From an uncultured Spirochaetota bacterium (lineage in GTDB: Bacteria; Spirochaetota; Spirochaetia; SZUA-6; Fen-1364): a stretch of 30,664 bases of DNA. The stretch spans positions 1 to 30,664 of the forward strand of contig CAVUXE010000068.1 in assembly GCA_963745235.1 (NCBI GenBank). The letters are read 5' to 3'. The notes under the pieces were generated by a model. That model saw nothing but the letters and a program-made list of their open reading frames with translations, ran no database searches and had not been told where the DNA came from. A program made the translations under genes and the position numbers. Positions 11,031 to 20,549 of this stretch are shown here, piece after piece (the stretch's first letter is position 1; every line of letters starts with the position of its first letter).

Positions 11031-11986
11031 GAAACCGCCGCCCTTCTGCCGGGCGGAAGCTTGCGCTTTATGCAGCGCAGGACAGCGTTGACAACGTCCT
11101 TCGCGGCCAGTCCGTACTTTGCGCGAAGCTCCTCCGCCTCCCCGCTTTCGGCGAACGTGTCCGCCACGGCAACCTGCTCCAGGGGCGCGGGAGCGCGCAG
11201 GCAAAGGACTTCCGCCACCGCGGACCCGAGGCCCCCGTGCCTGTTGTGATCTTCCACGGCAACGACAGCTCCGGTCTGCACCGATGCAGACACGATTGCC
11301 TCTGCATCGACGGGCTTGATGGATACCATGCTGATCACGCGACACTGAAGCCCGGATTTCTCCAGCATCCCGGCGGCCTCCAGGGAGACGGCAACCATCC
11401 CACCCTCCGCGATGATCGTTGCATCCGTTCCCTCTCTTAAGAGAAGGCTCTCACCGATTCTGAAGCTCGCGCCACTTTCCGTCAGGGCAGGCATGGCGCT
11501 TCTTTCCAGACGGACATACACGGGGCCGTCATGCCTGAGGGCGGCGCGGACCACCGGCAGTACCTGGTTGGCATCCGTGGGAGCAAGGACCGTCATGCCG
11601 GGCACCGCCCGCATGAGGGCGATGTCTTCGATGCATTGGTGGGTCACGCCATCCGGACCGACGTTGATTCCGGCATGGGAGGCGACGATGGTCACGTGCA
11701 GGCGCGGATAGGCAATGCTGTTGCGCATTGGCTCCCAGGCCTTGCCGCCCACGAACATCGCAAAGCCGGCAACGAGCGGGCGCCAGCCCTCCAGGCACAA
11801 CCCCGCGGCAAGGGCCAGGGTGTTCATCTCCGAGACCCCTGTGCAGAGAAACCTGTCCGGGAAGGCGTCCCTGAACTTCGCTGCACCCGTGGAGCGCGAC
11901 GTGTCAGGGGAGAGAACAATCAAGTCCGGGAACTCCTGGCCGAGGATGGGGAAAGCATCACCAAGAGCTGTTCTTTGATCGAGCAC
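11027..11986 (-). CDS. Transketolase, C-terminal subunit
   Basis: GVSEMN, HAGINVGPDGVTHQCIED, GPVYVRL, EDHNRHGGLGSAVAE. GTG at 11986 with GGGAGG RBS is preferred over the longer ORF that overlaps gntR. Confidence 0.9.
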   Translation of the reverse strand: MLDQRTALGDAFPILGQEFPDLIVLSPDTSRSTGAAKFRDAFPDRFLCTGVSEMNTLALAAGLCLEGWRPLVAGFAMFVGGKAWEPMRNSIAYPRLHVTIVASHAGINVGPDGVTHQCIEDIALMRAVPGMTVLAPTDANQVLPVVRAALRHDGPVYVRLERSAMPALTESGASFRIGESLLLREGTDATIIAEGGMVAVSLEAAGMLEKSGLQCRVISMVSIKPVDAEAIVSASVQTGAVVAVEDHNRHGGLGSAVAEVLCLRAPAPLEQVAVADTFAESGEAEELRAKYGLAAKDVVNAVLRCIKRKLPPGRRAAVS

Positions 11987-12005
11987 CTTCTCGACCTCCC
12001 TTCGA

Positions 12006-12767
12006 TCAACCGAAGCCTGCCATGGTGAGAACGGTCGAGCTGTTCCTGGAGTTGCGCACGTCGAGACGGAAGAGATCTCCGCGATAGGTGCCTCTCGTGT
12101 ATCTGCAGGGGAGGTTTCGTTCGTCGTAGACAACGCCTTCCAGCTCCATCATGGGACTGCCCGGCGCAACGTTCAACAGGTCGGCGTCAGCCACCGAGGC
12201 CGGGACCGCGCGAAGAGAATCCTGGGAATACGCCATGGTGGTTTCACCGATCCTTTCCGCCGCCTCGAGAATTGACTCCAGGGTCAAGTCGATCTCCAGC
12301 ATGCTTGCGTAGATGCGGGCGGAGAAGTAGGACGCGTGGATTGCCGCCGGAATCCCGTCAACAACGCGCAGCCGCCTGACGATCACGACTTCCGCGTCCG
12401 TTTCCAGGCGCAGCTTTTCAGCCACTACTACGGTGGCTGGAATGATGCCCTGGTCCAGGATCCGCGTTTCCACGGAAAACCCTTTTGTCTGGAGGCTCCT
12501 GCTGAAGCTCATCATCGTGGAGAAACCATACGGAAGATCATGGTCGGAGACGAACGTTCCCTTGCCCGGGCTGCGGAAAAGCATGTTCTTGGCAACGAGC
12601 TGTTCTATCGCCTGGCGCGCGGTGACGCGGCTCACCTCGTATTTGGCCGCGATCTCGTTCTCAGACATGACTTTTTCACCAGACTTCCATTCGCCGGACA
12701 CGATTTTCTGTTCCAAGAGTGTCTGGATCTGAAGATACAAAGGCTTGGCGGAGCTCTTGTTCACCAT
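12006..12767 (-). CDS. GntR-family (HutC subfamily, UTRA domain) transcriptional regulator
   Basis: PLYLQI, SENEIAAKYEVSRVTARQAI, GKGTFV and a UTRA-like C-terminus ending YRGD. Confidence 0.93.
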   Translation of the reverse strand: MVNKSSAKPLYLQIQTLLEQKIVSGEWKSGEKVMSENEIAAKYEVSRVTARQAIEQLVAKNMLFRSPGKGTFVSDHDLPYGFSTMMSFSRSLQTKGFSVETRILDQGIIPATVVVAEKLRLETDAEVVIVRRLRVVDGIPAAIHASYFSARIYASMLEIDLTLESILEAAERIGETTMAYSQDSLRAVPASVADADLLNVAPGSPMMELEGVVYDERNLPCRYTRGTYRGDLFRLDVRNSRNSSTVLTMAGFG

Positions 12768-12773
12768 GCAAGC

Positions 12774-12803
12774 AGTATGGACCCCGCCGCGCCAACTTGT
12801 CAA
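12774..12803 (-). promoter_or_regulatory. Sigma70-type promoter for the gntR operon (TTGACA-18-CATACT), probably leaderless
   Basis: -35 at 12803-12798, -10 at 12779-12774, ATG at 12767, no Shine-Dalgarno. Confidence 0.55.
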
Positions 12804-12810
12804 TACAAGT
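12795..12810. promoter_or_regulatory. Candidate GntR operator palindrome ACTTGT-CAAT-ACAAGT; related copy CTTGACAATACA at 12826-12837
   Basis: The inverted repeat overlaps the minus-strand -35; the near-direct repeat overlaps the plus-strand -35. Confidence 0.55.
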
Positions 12811-12826
12811 CCTATCAAGATAGTTC

Positions 12827-12855
12827 TTGACAATACATTGGGGCAGGCTTACACT
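12827..12855 (+). promoter_or_regulatory. Sigma70-type promoter for the ABC operon (TTGACA-17-TACACT)
   Basis: Perfect -35, 17 bp spacer, 4/6 -10, 37 bp upstream of ATG 12893. Confidence 0.65.
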
Positions 12856-12892
12856 CTCACGCTGTGATCGGGCCCGCAGTGAAGGTGAAAGG

Positions 12893-14446
12893 ATGAGACA
12901 AGAGCCGGGAAGCCTGCCACGGCTCCGCATCAGGAAGATCAGCAAGAGTTACGTGGGGATCCGCGCGCTTCGGGAAATCGATTTCGATATTGCCGCCGGA
13001 GAGATCCACGCCCTTGTTGGTGAGAACGGCGCGGGCAAATCCACTCTTGTCAAGGTGATCACGGGGGTCGAGCCAGCGGACTCCGGCCAACTCCTGCTGG
13101 ACGGCGTGGAATGCAGGTTCCATGATCCCATGGAGGCGCGGGCAAACGGCGTCCTGGCAGTCTACCAGGATCCCAAGCTCTTCCCCAACCTGGACATAGC
13201 AGAAAACGTCTTCATGGGCGTCCACCCTCGGACCCGAGCCGGGTTCATCGACAGGAAGCTGATGTACCGCAGGACCAGAGAAGTCCTCGAGCGCCTCGGT
13301 GCTGACCTGGATCCAAAGACAATGGTCGTCTCGCTATCCATCGGACAGATGCTCTTCGTGGAGTTCGCCCGCGCCATGTTCGAAGCCCAGGAGAAGCTGC
13401 TTCTCCTGGACGAACCCACCGCCTCGCTTTCTCCGAACGAGGCGAACCAGCTCTTCGACATCGTCAGGAAGTTGAAAGACGGGGGAGCTTCCATCCTGTT
13501 CATCTCTCACCGGATAGAAGAGCTTTCCGGTTTTGCGGACCGGATCACCATCCTGCGCGACGGGTCTCACGTGGTGACGCAGGACATGGCGGACATGACG
13601 CAGGAGAAGATTGTCCAGCACATGGTTGGCAGGTCGCTGAACGACCTCTTCGCGGAAAAGAATACTGCTGCGGGGAACCAAGAGAGCGCAGGTGACGTCT
13701 CCGAGCCGGTGCTTCGCGTGGAAGGCCTCAATGCGGAAGGTGAGTTCTCCGACATTTCCTTTTTCATCAGGCCCGGAGAGATCCTCGGAATGGCGGGTCT
13801 CGTTGGCTCGGGGAGGACGGAGATTGCAAAGGCGATATTCGGCGCTCTTCCCATTTCCAGCGGAAAAGTATGGATCAGGGGCAGACACGTAAAGGTCAGG
13901 GACCCGTCCCAGATGATCGATGAAGGGATCGTCTATGTCCCCGAAGACCGGGAAGTGGAGGGGTTGATCGCTGACCTCTCCGTGGTGGACAACATGCTGC
14001 TGCCGGCAGTCTTGAAGTACGCGCGGGCCGGCTTCGTGGATACAAAAAAGGAAGCTGAGATTTTCACGCGGTATTCCGAGCGCTTCCAGATCAAGACACC
14101 CGGCCCGCAGGTGAAGATCTCTTCCCTCTCCGGCGGCAACAGGCAGAAGGTTGTTCTTTCCAAGTGGATGGCCATGAGCCCGAAGGTCTTCATCTTCGAT
14201 GAGCCCACCCACGGGATAGACGTCGGCTCCAAGGCGCAGGTGCATGCCGTGATCCGGGAGCTGGCACGCCAGGGGCTGGGCATCCTCCTGATCTCCTCAG
14301 ACCTCCCGGAGATCCTGGAGATGAGCGACCGGGTGCTCGTGATCTCTGACGGGACGCTCGCCGCGGACTTTCCCCGCACCGAGGCCACGCAGGAGAAGAT
14401 CATGGCCGCCGCGGTGAGCGGCGGGAAGGCGCGGGTCCAGGCATGA
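12893..14446 (+). CDS. CUT2 monosaccharide ABC transporter ATP-binding protein (two ABC domains)
   Basis: GENGAGKST, LLLDEPT, ISH, LSGGNRQK, DEPTHGIDVG. Confidence 0.95.
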   Translation: MRQEPGSLPRLRIRKISKSYVGIRALREIDFDIAAGEIHALVGENGAGKSTLVKVITGVEPADSGQLLLDGVECRFHDPMEARANGVLAVYQDPKLFPNLDIAENVFMGVHPRTRAGFIDRKLMYRRTREVLERLGADLDPKTMVVSLSIGQMLFVEFARAMFEAQEKLLLLDEPTASLSPNEANQLFDIVRKLKDGGASILFISHRIEELSGFADRITILRDGSHVVTQDMADMTQEKIVQHMVGRSLNDLFAEKNTAAGNQESAGDVSEPVLRVEGLNAEGEFSDISFFIRPGEILGMAGLVGSGRTEIAKAIFGALPISSGKVWIRGRHVKVRDPSQMIDEGIVYVPEDREVEGLIADLSVVDNMLLPAVLKYARAGFVDTKKEAEIFTRYSERFQIKTPGPQVKISSLSGGNRQKVVLSKWMAMSPKVFIFDEPTHGIDVGSKAQVHAVIRELARQGLGILLISSDLPEILEMSDRVLVISDGTLAADFPRTEATQEKIMAAAVSGGKARVQA

Positions 14447-15495
14447 ACGGCACTGTCCTCGGGGAGACAAGCATGGAAACGGCCGTTGCCCCGATGAACC
14501 GGCAGTGGAGCGTGGTCATCCTCAAGAACAGGGTCCTCGGGGTCCTGCTCTTCGAAGTGTTGATCGTCATCGTGTTCTCCGTTGTGGCGGGAAAGTTCTT
14601 CACGCTTTCCAACCTGAACACGATCTTCCTCAACGCCTGCATCATGGCCATCCTCGCCTCCGCGGAGGGCGTGGTCATCATCACGCGCAACTACGACGTT
14701 TCGATTGCCTCCATGCTCGCGCTTTCCGCCTACGTCGGCTTCGACATCATCAAAAGGTTCCCCGAGGTCGGACCGCTCCTGGTCGCAGTGCCCGTCGGCA
14801 TCGGGCTCGTCTGCGGCCTGCTGAACGGTCTCATGGTTGCCTATGGCAGGGTTTCCTCGATTTTCGTGACCCTCGGCGGCCTTTCCATCTACCGGGGGAT
14901 CGCGACGGTTTATGCACATGGACAGCAGATAGAGCCGAAGGACATTCCGACGTGGGTCAGCCAGAGTGTCACGGGGAATCTCCTCCCGGGTATTTCCAAC
15001 CTGGCGCTCATCGCCATAGCCGTCGTTGCCCTCGTATCGGTCTACCTGCGGTACACGCGGATCGGGCGGCAGATCTACGCTATCGGTTCCAACCCCGGCG
15101 CCGCGACATTCTACGGGCTGAAAGTGCCGCGGGTAATCCTCGGCGCCTACGTGTTGTGCGGCGCCCTCACCGGCTTGTCCGGATTCCTCTTTGCCGCGCG
15201 CTCCTCGTACGTGGTGCCATGGTTCGCGCAGGGGCTGGAGATCAGCGTCATAGGCGCGGTCGTGGTGGGCGGCGTGAGCGTGCTCGGGGGGTCGGGAAAC
15301 GTCGTGGGGGCTTCCTTTGGCGCCCTCGTGCTCGCAACGCTGGACAACGGCCTGATCCTCGTGAAAGCGGATGAGGTCATCCGCGAGCTCATCTACGGTT
15401 TTGCGATCGTGGGCGCCTGCATCCTGGACGCAACGGTGCTGCGGCAGGTGGGAATCCTTCTGAAATCAAAGCGGCGCAGAGGACTGAAGGGATGA
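14443..15495 (+). CDS. Sugar ABC transporter permease
   Basis: Hydrophobic ORF with TRNYDVS, TRIGRQIYAIGSN, VVGGVSVLGGSG. Confidence 0.93.
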   Translation: MNGTVLGETSMETAVAPMNRQWSVVILKNRVLGVLLFEVLIVIVFSVVAGKFFTLSNLNTIFLNACIMAILASAEGVVIITRNYDVSIASMLALSAYVGFDIIKRFPEVGPLLVAVPVGIGLVCGLLNGLMVAYGRVSSIFVTLGGLSIYRGIATVYAHGQQIEPKDIPTWVSQSVTGNLLPGISNLALIAIAVVALVSVYLRYTRIGRQIYAIGSNPGAATFYGLKVPRVILGAYVLCGALTGLSGFLFAARSSYVVPWFAQGLEISVIGAVVVGGVSVLGGSGNVVGASFGALVLATLDNGLILVKADEVIRELIYGFAIVGACILDATVLRQVGILLKSKRRRGLKG

Positions 15496-16520
15496 CAAGG
15501 AGCTACCGCTTCCAGGCTTTTCTGCGCACGTACAACTGGGAATGCACGTTGTTCGGGTTTCTTGTCGTTGCCGTCGTGACCGCAAGCCTCCTTTCCCCCC
15601 TGTACCTGAACGCGTACCAGATCCTCTATTCCCTGCAGCAGTCCATGGCCATCACGGGCACAATGGCAATCGGCTTCATGCTGATCATCCTTGTCGGAGA
15701 GATCGACATCTCCCTGCCGGCCCTCGCGGCCGTTGCAACGGTTAGCTTTGCCCGGCTTTCCCAGCTGGGGATGCCCTTCTGGGCCGCGCTCATCATCGTG
15801 CTTTCCTGTACGATCCTGGCAGGCCTGTTCAACGGCCTCCTCGTTGTGAGTTTTTCCCTTCCCTCCATGGCGGTGACCCTCGGAATGATGGGAGTCTATC
15901 GCGCCATTGCCCTGTGGATCGGCGGCCACGAGGGGTTCGGGGCGGATGCGTTCCACAAGCCGTATATCTGGATCGGGTCCCAGTCCCTGTTTGGCAGCCT
16001 CCCGGTCTCCATTCTGCTCCTCGCTGTCCTCTTTGCAGCCGCGTTCCTGCTCGTCCACAAGTCCGTCTATGGACGGCTTCTCTACGCCACGGGCAACAAC
16101 CGCAAGGCCACCTACCTTTCCGGACATGACGTCAACCTCATCATCGTCAGCACGTATGGCATTGCCGGCTTCATGGCCGGAGTCGCGGCCCTGATTTTCA
16201 TCGGCCAGTACGAATCCGCAAGATCGGACAACCTCAACGAGGTGCTGCTGTTCGTCGTTGCCTGCATCGCCCTGGGAGGATTCAGCCTGTCAGGCGGAAA
16301 AGGCAACGTGCTGGGGCTGGTCTTTTCCATTCTCCTCCTTGGCACTATCCAGAACGGAATGGGCCTGGCGAACGTGAACGGCCCCGTCCAGACGCTCGTG
16401 ATCGGACTGATCCTGACCGTCTCAATCATCCTGCCGGTCGTGATCGGAAAAATCTCTGTGCTTCGATCGTACCTAGGGGATCTTGCGGGCAGGAAGCCCG
16501 CACGTCACAACCAAATCTGA
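15492..16520 (+). CDS. Sugar ABC transporter permease
   Basis: Hydrophobic ORF with GEIDIS, GRLLYATGNN, LGGFSLSGGKG. Confidence 0.93.
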   Translation: MTRSYRFQAFLRTYNWECTLFGFLVVAVVTASLLSPLYLNAYQILYSLQQSMAITGTMAIGFMLIILVGEIDISLPALAAVATVSFARLSQLGMPFWAALIIVLSCTILAGLFNGLLVVSFSLPSMAVTLGMMGVYRAIALWIGGHEGFGADAFHKPYIWIGSQSLFGSLPVSILLLAVLFAAAFLLVHKSVYGRLLYATGNNRKATYLSGHDVNLIIVSTYGIAGFMAGVAALIFIGQYESARSDNLNEVLLFVVACIALGGFSLSGGKGNVLGLVFSILLLGTIQNGMGLANVNGPVQTLVIGLILTVSIILPVVIGKISVLRSYLGDLAGRKPARHNQI

Positions 16521-16547
16521 CACCTGCAGGTCAGGTAAAGGAGAGGA

Positions 16548-17611
16548 GTGGGTATGCGCAAGGCTCGGTTTTTCATCCCTCTGCTCGTGCTCGTGACCGT
16601 CACAAGCATTCCGCTGTTTGCCGGCGGAAGCAAGGAGGCGGGAGGCACGGCGCAGGGAAAAGAGACTCTGTACTATGTTCCCAAGTTCACGGGGTTCATC
16701 TTCTTCCAGCTCGCCGAGCAGGGAGCGAAGAAAGCATGTGACGAGCTGGGCGTCAACATGGTCACCCTGGGCACCGCCCAGAACGACGTCCAGGGATACG
16801 TCCAGATCCTCCAGAACCTCATTCCCCAGAAACCGCAGATCATGGTTACCACATCATCTGACGCCAATGCCCCCGTGCCCGCCCTCAAGAAGATGAGGGC
16901 CAACGGCGCGGTGATCGTCACCTTCGATTCCGATGTCGGAGCCGAGGGACGCGACCTGTACGTCAATATCGCGCCGTATGACATCCAGGCGCGGGCCATC
17001 CTGGAAAGCGCGCTGTACAACAACCCCAGCGGCGGCAAAGTCATCTGGTTGGGCTCCCTCTCCGAACATCACCACGTTCAATGAGGTGAAGAAGGCCATT
17101 GACAACCTGATTGCAACCGATCCGCGGTACAAGTCCCTCCAGGTCATCGATACCTTGTACATGCAGGATGACCCGGACAAGTCCTACTCCGTGGGGACCT
17201 CCGCCATGCAGGCACACCCGGACCTCGCCGGGCTTCATTACCAGCTCCGGGCATGGCCAACCCCGCCATCAACAAGGCCATCGATGACACCGGACGCGTT
17301 GGCAAAGTGTACTGCACGGGCGCCGCGCTTCCCTCCACCATGCAGACGTTCCTGGAGAACGGAACCAGCAAGCAGTTCATGCTCTGGTCCCCGTACTGGT
17401 TCGGCTACATGGCAGCCTACATCGCCATCGAGGCCAAGCGAGGCGTGGTCAAGATCGCGGACGGCGCGACCTGGACATACCGAATATCGGAAAGCGAAAA
17501 GTCTACAACACCCCGGAGGGACTGGTCACCGACCTGAACATGATGGTCTACTTCCGCAAGGGCCACGAGACGTTCGACGACTCAATCCCGATGGGATCAG
17601 CAACGCCATAG
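16548..17611 (+). CDS. Sugar ABC substrate-binding protein (RhaS/LsrB-like), several apparent frameshifts (~17055, ~17240, ~17475)
   Basis: Signal peptide ending LFAGGSKE, then VPKFTG, VTFDSD, FMLWSPYWFGY. AAGGAG RBS. Last coding-like frame ends at TAG 17611. Confidence 0.8.
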
Positions 17612-17618
17612 CCTAGCC

Positions 17619-17645
17619 GAGGCAGAGCCGCTCTGGCCTCTCTTT
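17619..17645 (+). terminator. Possible intrinsic terminator after the ABC operon
   Basis: GAGGCAGAG...CTCTGGCCTC imperfect stem followed by TCTTT. Confidence 0.3.
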
Positions 17646-17660
17646 GAACAGGGGAAGCGT

Positions 17661-17865
17661 CTACGAGCCGGCTGGCGCAGGCGTGAGCCACTGACCCAGA
17701 TCCTCCGGTGTCCTGTTGAACCGGTCGAGGTCGACATGGCCAGCGATGCCGTTCACACTACCGTGTGTGTCATACTGCCAGAAAGTCCAGGCAGACCAGC
17801 CCTTCAGGATTTCTGGCTTCGCCGCTGGGTAGCTGGATACCCATGGCAAATAGTTGCTCGCCCAG
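17661..17865 (-). pseudogene. C-terminal fragment of a GH25 lysozyme/muramidase
   Basis: GWSAWTFWQYDTHGSVNGIAGHVDLDRFN matches the GH25 C-terminal WQY...G.V.GI.G.VDL pattern; the N-terminal part is absent. Confidence 0.7.
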
Positions 17866-18180
17866 TCAGGCGCTGTCGTGCGTGCGATCTTGGACTTCCA
17901 GCCCGCGGCACGGACGGCTTTCCAGCCAATATTGCCTTCATGGTGGGAAACGTCGATTGCAGCCTTGCGCTACTGGATACGGTGTGCAGCCGTGCAGCCT
18001 CTAAGCCCGCCCTCGAGTTGTAGCAGTCCATCGAGCTGCCGCGGGCGCCTCTTGTCGAGTTCGCGATTTTCGTTCGACTATTCGATGCAGTGGCTTCTAC
18101 GAGCGGGTTTCGATGCTAATCCACCTTCGATGAACTGAAGGAGCATCCAGACCGGGAGGGATAGTGGAAGATTCCGCGGG

Positions 18181-18600
18181 ATGTTCGCTCAAGTCAACAA
18201 GCAGTTCCCAGCGTTGGACAAATGGATGCGACAACACGGAATTACGCCTGCCGGACGGCGCTTTCTGCGCTATCACGTGATCGACATGGCAGGCGAGATG
18301 GATATCGAGGTGGGCGCACCGGTGGCGACGCCACTGCCAGGTGATGATCGGGTGAGACCGGGCCTTCTCCCCGCCGGGCGCTACGCCAGCCTTATTTACA
18401 TCGGCCTTGGTCTTGCGGCGAACAAGGCGCTGCAGGAATGGATTCATGCGAACAACCTGCAGCTGGATAGATGGACCGATCCCAAAGGGGATGCCTTTGG
18501 TTGCCGCTATGAGGCGTACCTGACCGATCCCAAGGTCGAGCCGCGCAAGAAGCAATGGGAGATCGAGCTCGCGATGAAACTGGGGGACAAACAACCCTGA
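18181..18600 (+). CDS. GyrI-like small-molecule-binding domain protein, probably N-terminally truncated
   Basis: MDIEVGAPV, LPAGRYA, ALQEWI, YEAYLTDP. Shorter than a typical GyrI-like domain. Confidence 0.7.
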   Translation: MFAQVNKQFPALDKWMRQHGITPAGRRFLRYHVIDMAGEMDIEVGAPVATPLPGDDRVRPGLLPAGRYASLIYIGLGLAANKALQEWIHANNLQLDRWTDPKGDAFGCRYEAYLTDPKVEPRKKQWEIELAMKLGDKQP

Positions 18601-18646
18601 CAACCGAGAGGAACGATCGCTTCGATCACGCGCTCATGACACTGCA

Positions 18647-19406
18647 TCACCACGGGAGCTTTCCGAGTTTTGCGTGCGTGAACGTACCCGTCGGGCCGTC
18701 CGGGCCGAGCAGCGCAACGCGCACCGCCTCGGCGGCGCCCTCCTCGACAGTCTCCGTGCCCGCATAGGCGTTGAGGTTCGTCTTGGTGAAGCCCGGGGAG
18801 ACGGCGTTGACCTTGATCCCGGTGGACTCCAGCTCGATCGCCATGGCGAGCGTCATAGCGTTGAGAGCCGTCTTGGACGCAGGGTAGACGGGGCCGAAGT
18901 TCGAGCGCTGGGCGTAGGCCGGGTCCGAGTTCATCGTCAGCGAGCCAACGCCGCTCGACACGTTGACGATGCGGGCTGCCGGCGCCTCGCGCAGGAGCGG
19001 CAGCATCGCCTGGTAAACGGCGAGAGAGGCCGAACACATTGGTCTCCCACACCGCGCGCACTTCATCCAGGGACACGTTGCTCGGGCGGGTCAACTTGGC
19101 GTACTCCGCGATGGACATGCCGGGCGCCTTGCTGGTATTCGAGATAGCCGCGTTGTTGACGAGCACGTCGAGGCGGCCAAGCTCCTTGCGGATGCGCTCC
19201 GCGGCGGCGGTAATCGAAGCCTGATCCGTCACGTCGAGCTGGAGCGCGCGTGCGTCCAGCCCAACCTCCCTGGCCGCAGCCTCGCCGCGCTCGAGATTGC
19301 GCGACCCGACCAGCACAGTGAAGCCGTGCGCCACGAGCTCCTTTGCGATCTGAAGACCGATTCCCTGGTTTGCACCGGTGACCAGGGCGACGGGTTTGTT
19401 CTGCAT
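18647..19406 (-). CDS. Short-chain dehydrogenase/reductase (carbonyl reductase-like), apparent frameshift ~19025
   Basis: VTGANQGIG, LDVLVNNA, IVNVSS, YPASK, VSPGFTKT. AGGAG RBS. Confidence 0.9.
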
Positions 19407-19430
19407 GCTAATCTCCTATGTTCCGTAGGT

Positions 19431-20465
19431 TCAGGAAGCGGCTCGCTCGTTGATCGGACGTCGGCGCAGGCCGGCGTTGGTCAGCTCCGGCGGTACGTAG
19501 GCCGCCGCGTCAATCCCGACGTCGGTTCCGGGCGGAACGATCTTGTCGATCTGGTCCAGGACATCGTCATCAAGTGCGACCCCGACGCTTGCGAGCAGAT
19601 CGTCGAGCTGTTCCGTCGTGCGCGGGCCGATGATCGCCGACGTCACACCGGGATGAGCCATCACGAAACCCAACGCCAGATGCGTCATCGGCATCCCCGC
19701 CTCTGCAGCGACGGAAATGAGTTGCTCGACCGCATCCAGTCGGCGTTCGTCGCTCATCTGCTTGCGGAGGACCTTGACGCGCAGGCTGTCGGGCAACGGC
19801 TGGCCCTTGCGGTACCGGCCGGTGAGCATGCCCTTGGCCAGGGGGCTCCAGACCATCACGCCCATCCCGTACCGCTGGCAAACCGGCAGCACCTCGCGTT
19901 CGATGCCGCGGCTCAGGATCGAGTAGGGCGGCTGCTCGACGCGGAACCGTGCCAACCCGCGCCGTTCCGCGACCCACTGCGCTTCCACGATCTCCGACGC
20001 AGGGAACGTCGACGATCCAATCGCGCGCACCTTGCCAGAGCGCATCAGATCAGTCAGGGCGGAGAGGGTTTCCTCGATATCGGTATCCGGTGACGGACGG
20101 TGAATCAGGTAGAGATCGATGTGGTCGGTCTGCAGGCGGCGCAGCGATGCTTCCACTTCGCGGATCAGCCAGCGTCGCGAATTGCCCTGCTGGTTCGGGT
20201 CATCGCCCATGGGGTTGTTCACCTTGGTGGCAAGCACGATGGTGTCGCGCCGGCCCTTGAGAGCCTTGCCGACGATTTCCTCCGACTCCCCCTGACTGTA
20301 CCTGTCAGCGGTATCGATGAAGTTGATCCCTGCATCCAAAGCCTTGTGGATAATCCTGATCGAGTCGTCATGGTCGGGATTGCCGCCAACGGCACCGAAC
20401 ATCATTGCCCCCAGGCAATACGGGCTGACCTTGATACCGGTTCTTCCAAGCGTGCGATACTTCAT
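19431..20465 (-). CDS. Aldo/keto reductase
   Basis: MKYRTLGRTG, FIDTADRYSQGESEEIVG, LQTDHIDLYLIH, WSPLAKG. Confidence 0.95.
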   Translation of the reverse strand: MKYRTLGRTGIKVSPYCLGAMMFGAVGGNPDHDDSIRIIHKALDAGINFIDTADRYSQGESEEIVGKALKGRRDTIVLATKVNNPMGDDPNQQGNSRRWLIREVEASLRRLQTDHIDLYLIHRPSPDTDIEETLSALTDLMRSGKVRAIGSSTFPASEIVEAQWVAERRGLARFRVEQPPYSILSRGIEREVLPVCQRYGMGVMVWSPLAKGMLTGRYRKGQPLPDSLRVKVLRKQMSDERRLDAVEQLISVAAEAGMPMTHLALGFVMAHPGVTSAIIGPRTTEQLDDLLASVGVALDDDVLDQIDKIVPPGTDVGIDAAAYVPPELTNAGLRRRPINERAAS

Positions 20466-20481
20466 GGTACTCTCCCTTTGT

Positions 20482-20543
20482 TCGGAACAACGTTCCGATT
20501 GTGTTATACACAATACGGAACAATGTTCCACTTGTCAAGTGGA
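20482..20543. promoter_or_regulatory. Divergent AKR/TetR control region: two GGAAC-N3-GTTCC operators and a minus-strand TTGACA-17-TATTGT promoter
   Basis: TCGGAACAACGTTCCGA at 20482-20498 and CGGAACAATGTTCCA at 20516-20530. -35 at 20538-20533, -10 at 20515-20510. Confidence 0.7.
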
Positions 20544-20549
20544 GGCGTG

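Noticed and set aside
11987-12133. N-terminal extension of the transketolase C subunit overlapping gntR (similar extensions on hemB, AKR, TetR and Fe-ADH ORFs)
   Set aside because: Downstream starts with clear Shine-Dalgarno sequences coincide with the start of family homology.
12893-17611. Naming the ABC system rhaSTPQ or lsrACDB
   Set aside because: Only family-level resemblance; no rhamnose isomerase/aldolase or lsrK/F/G genes nearby.
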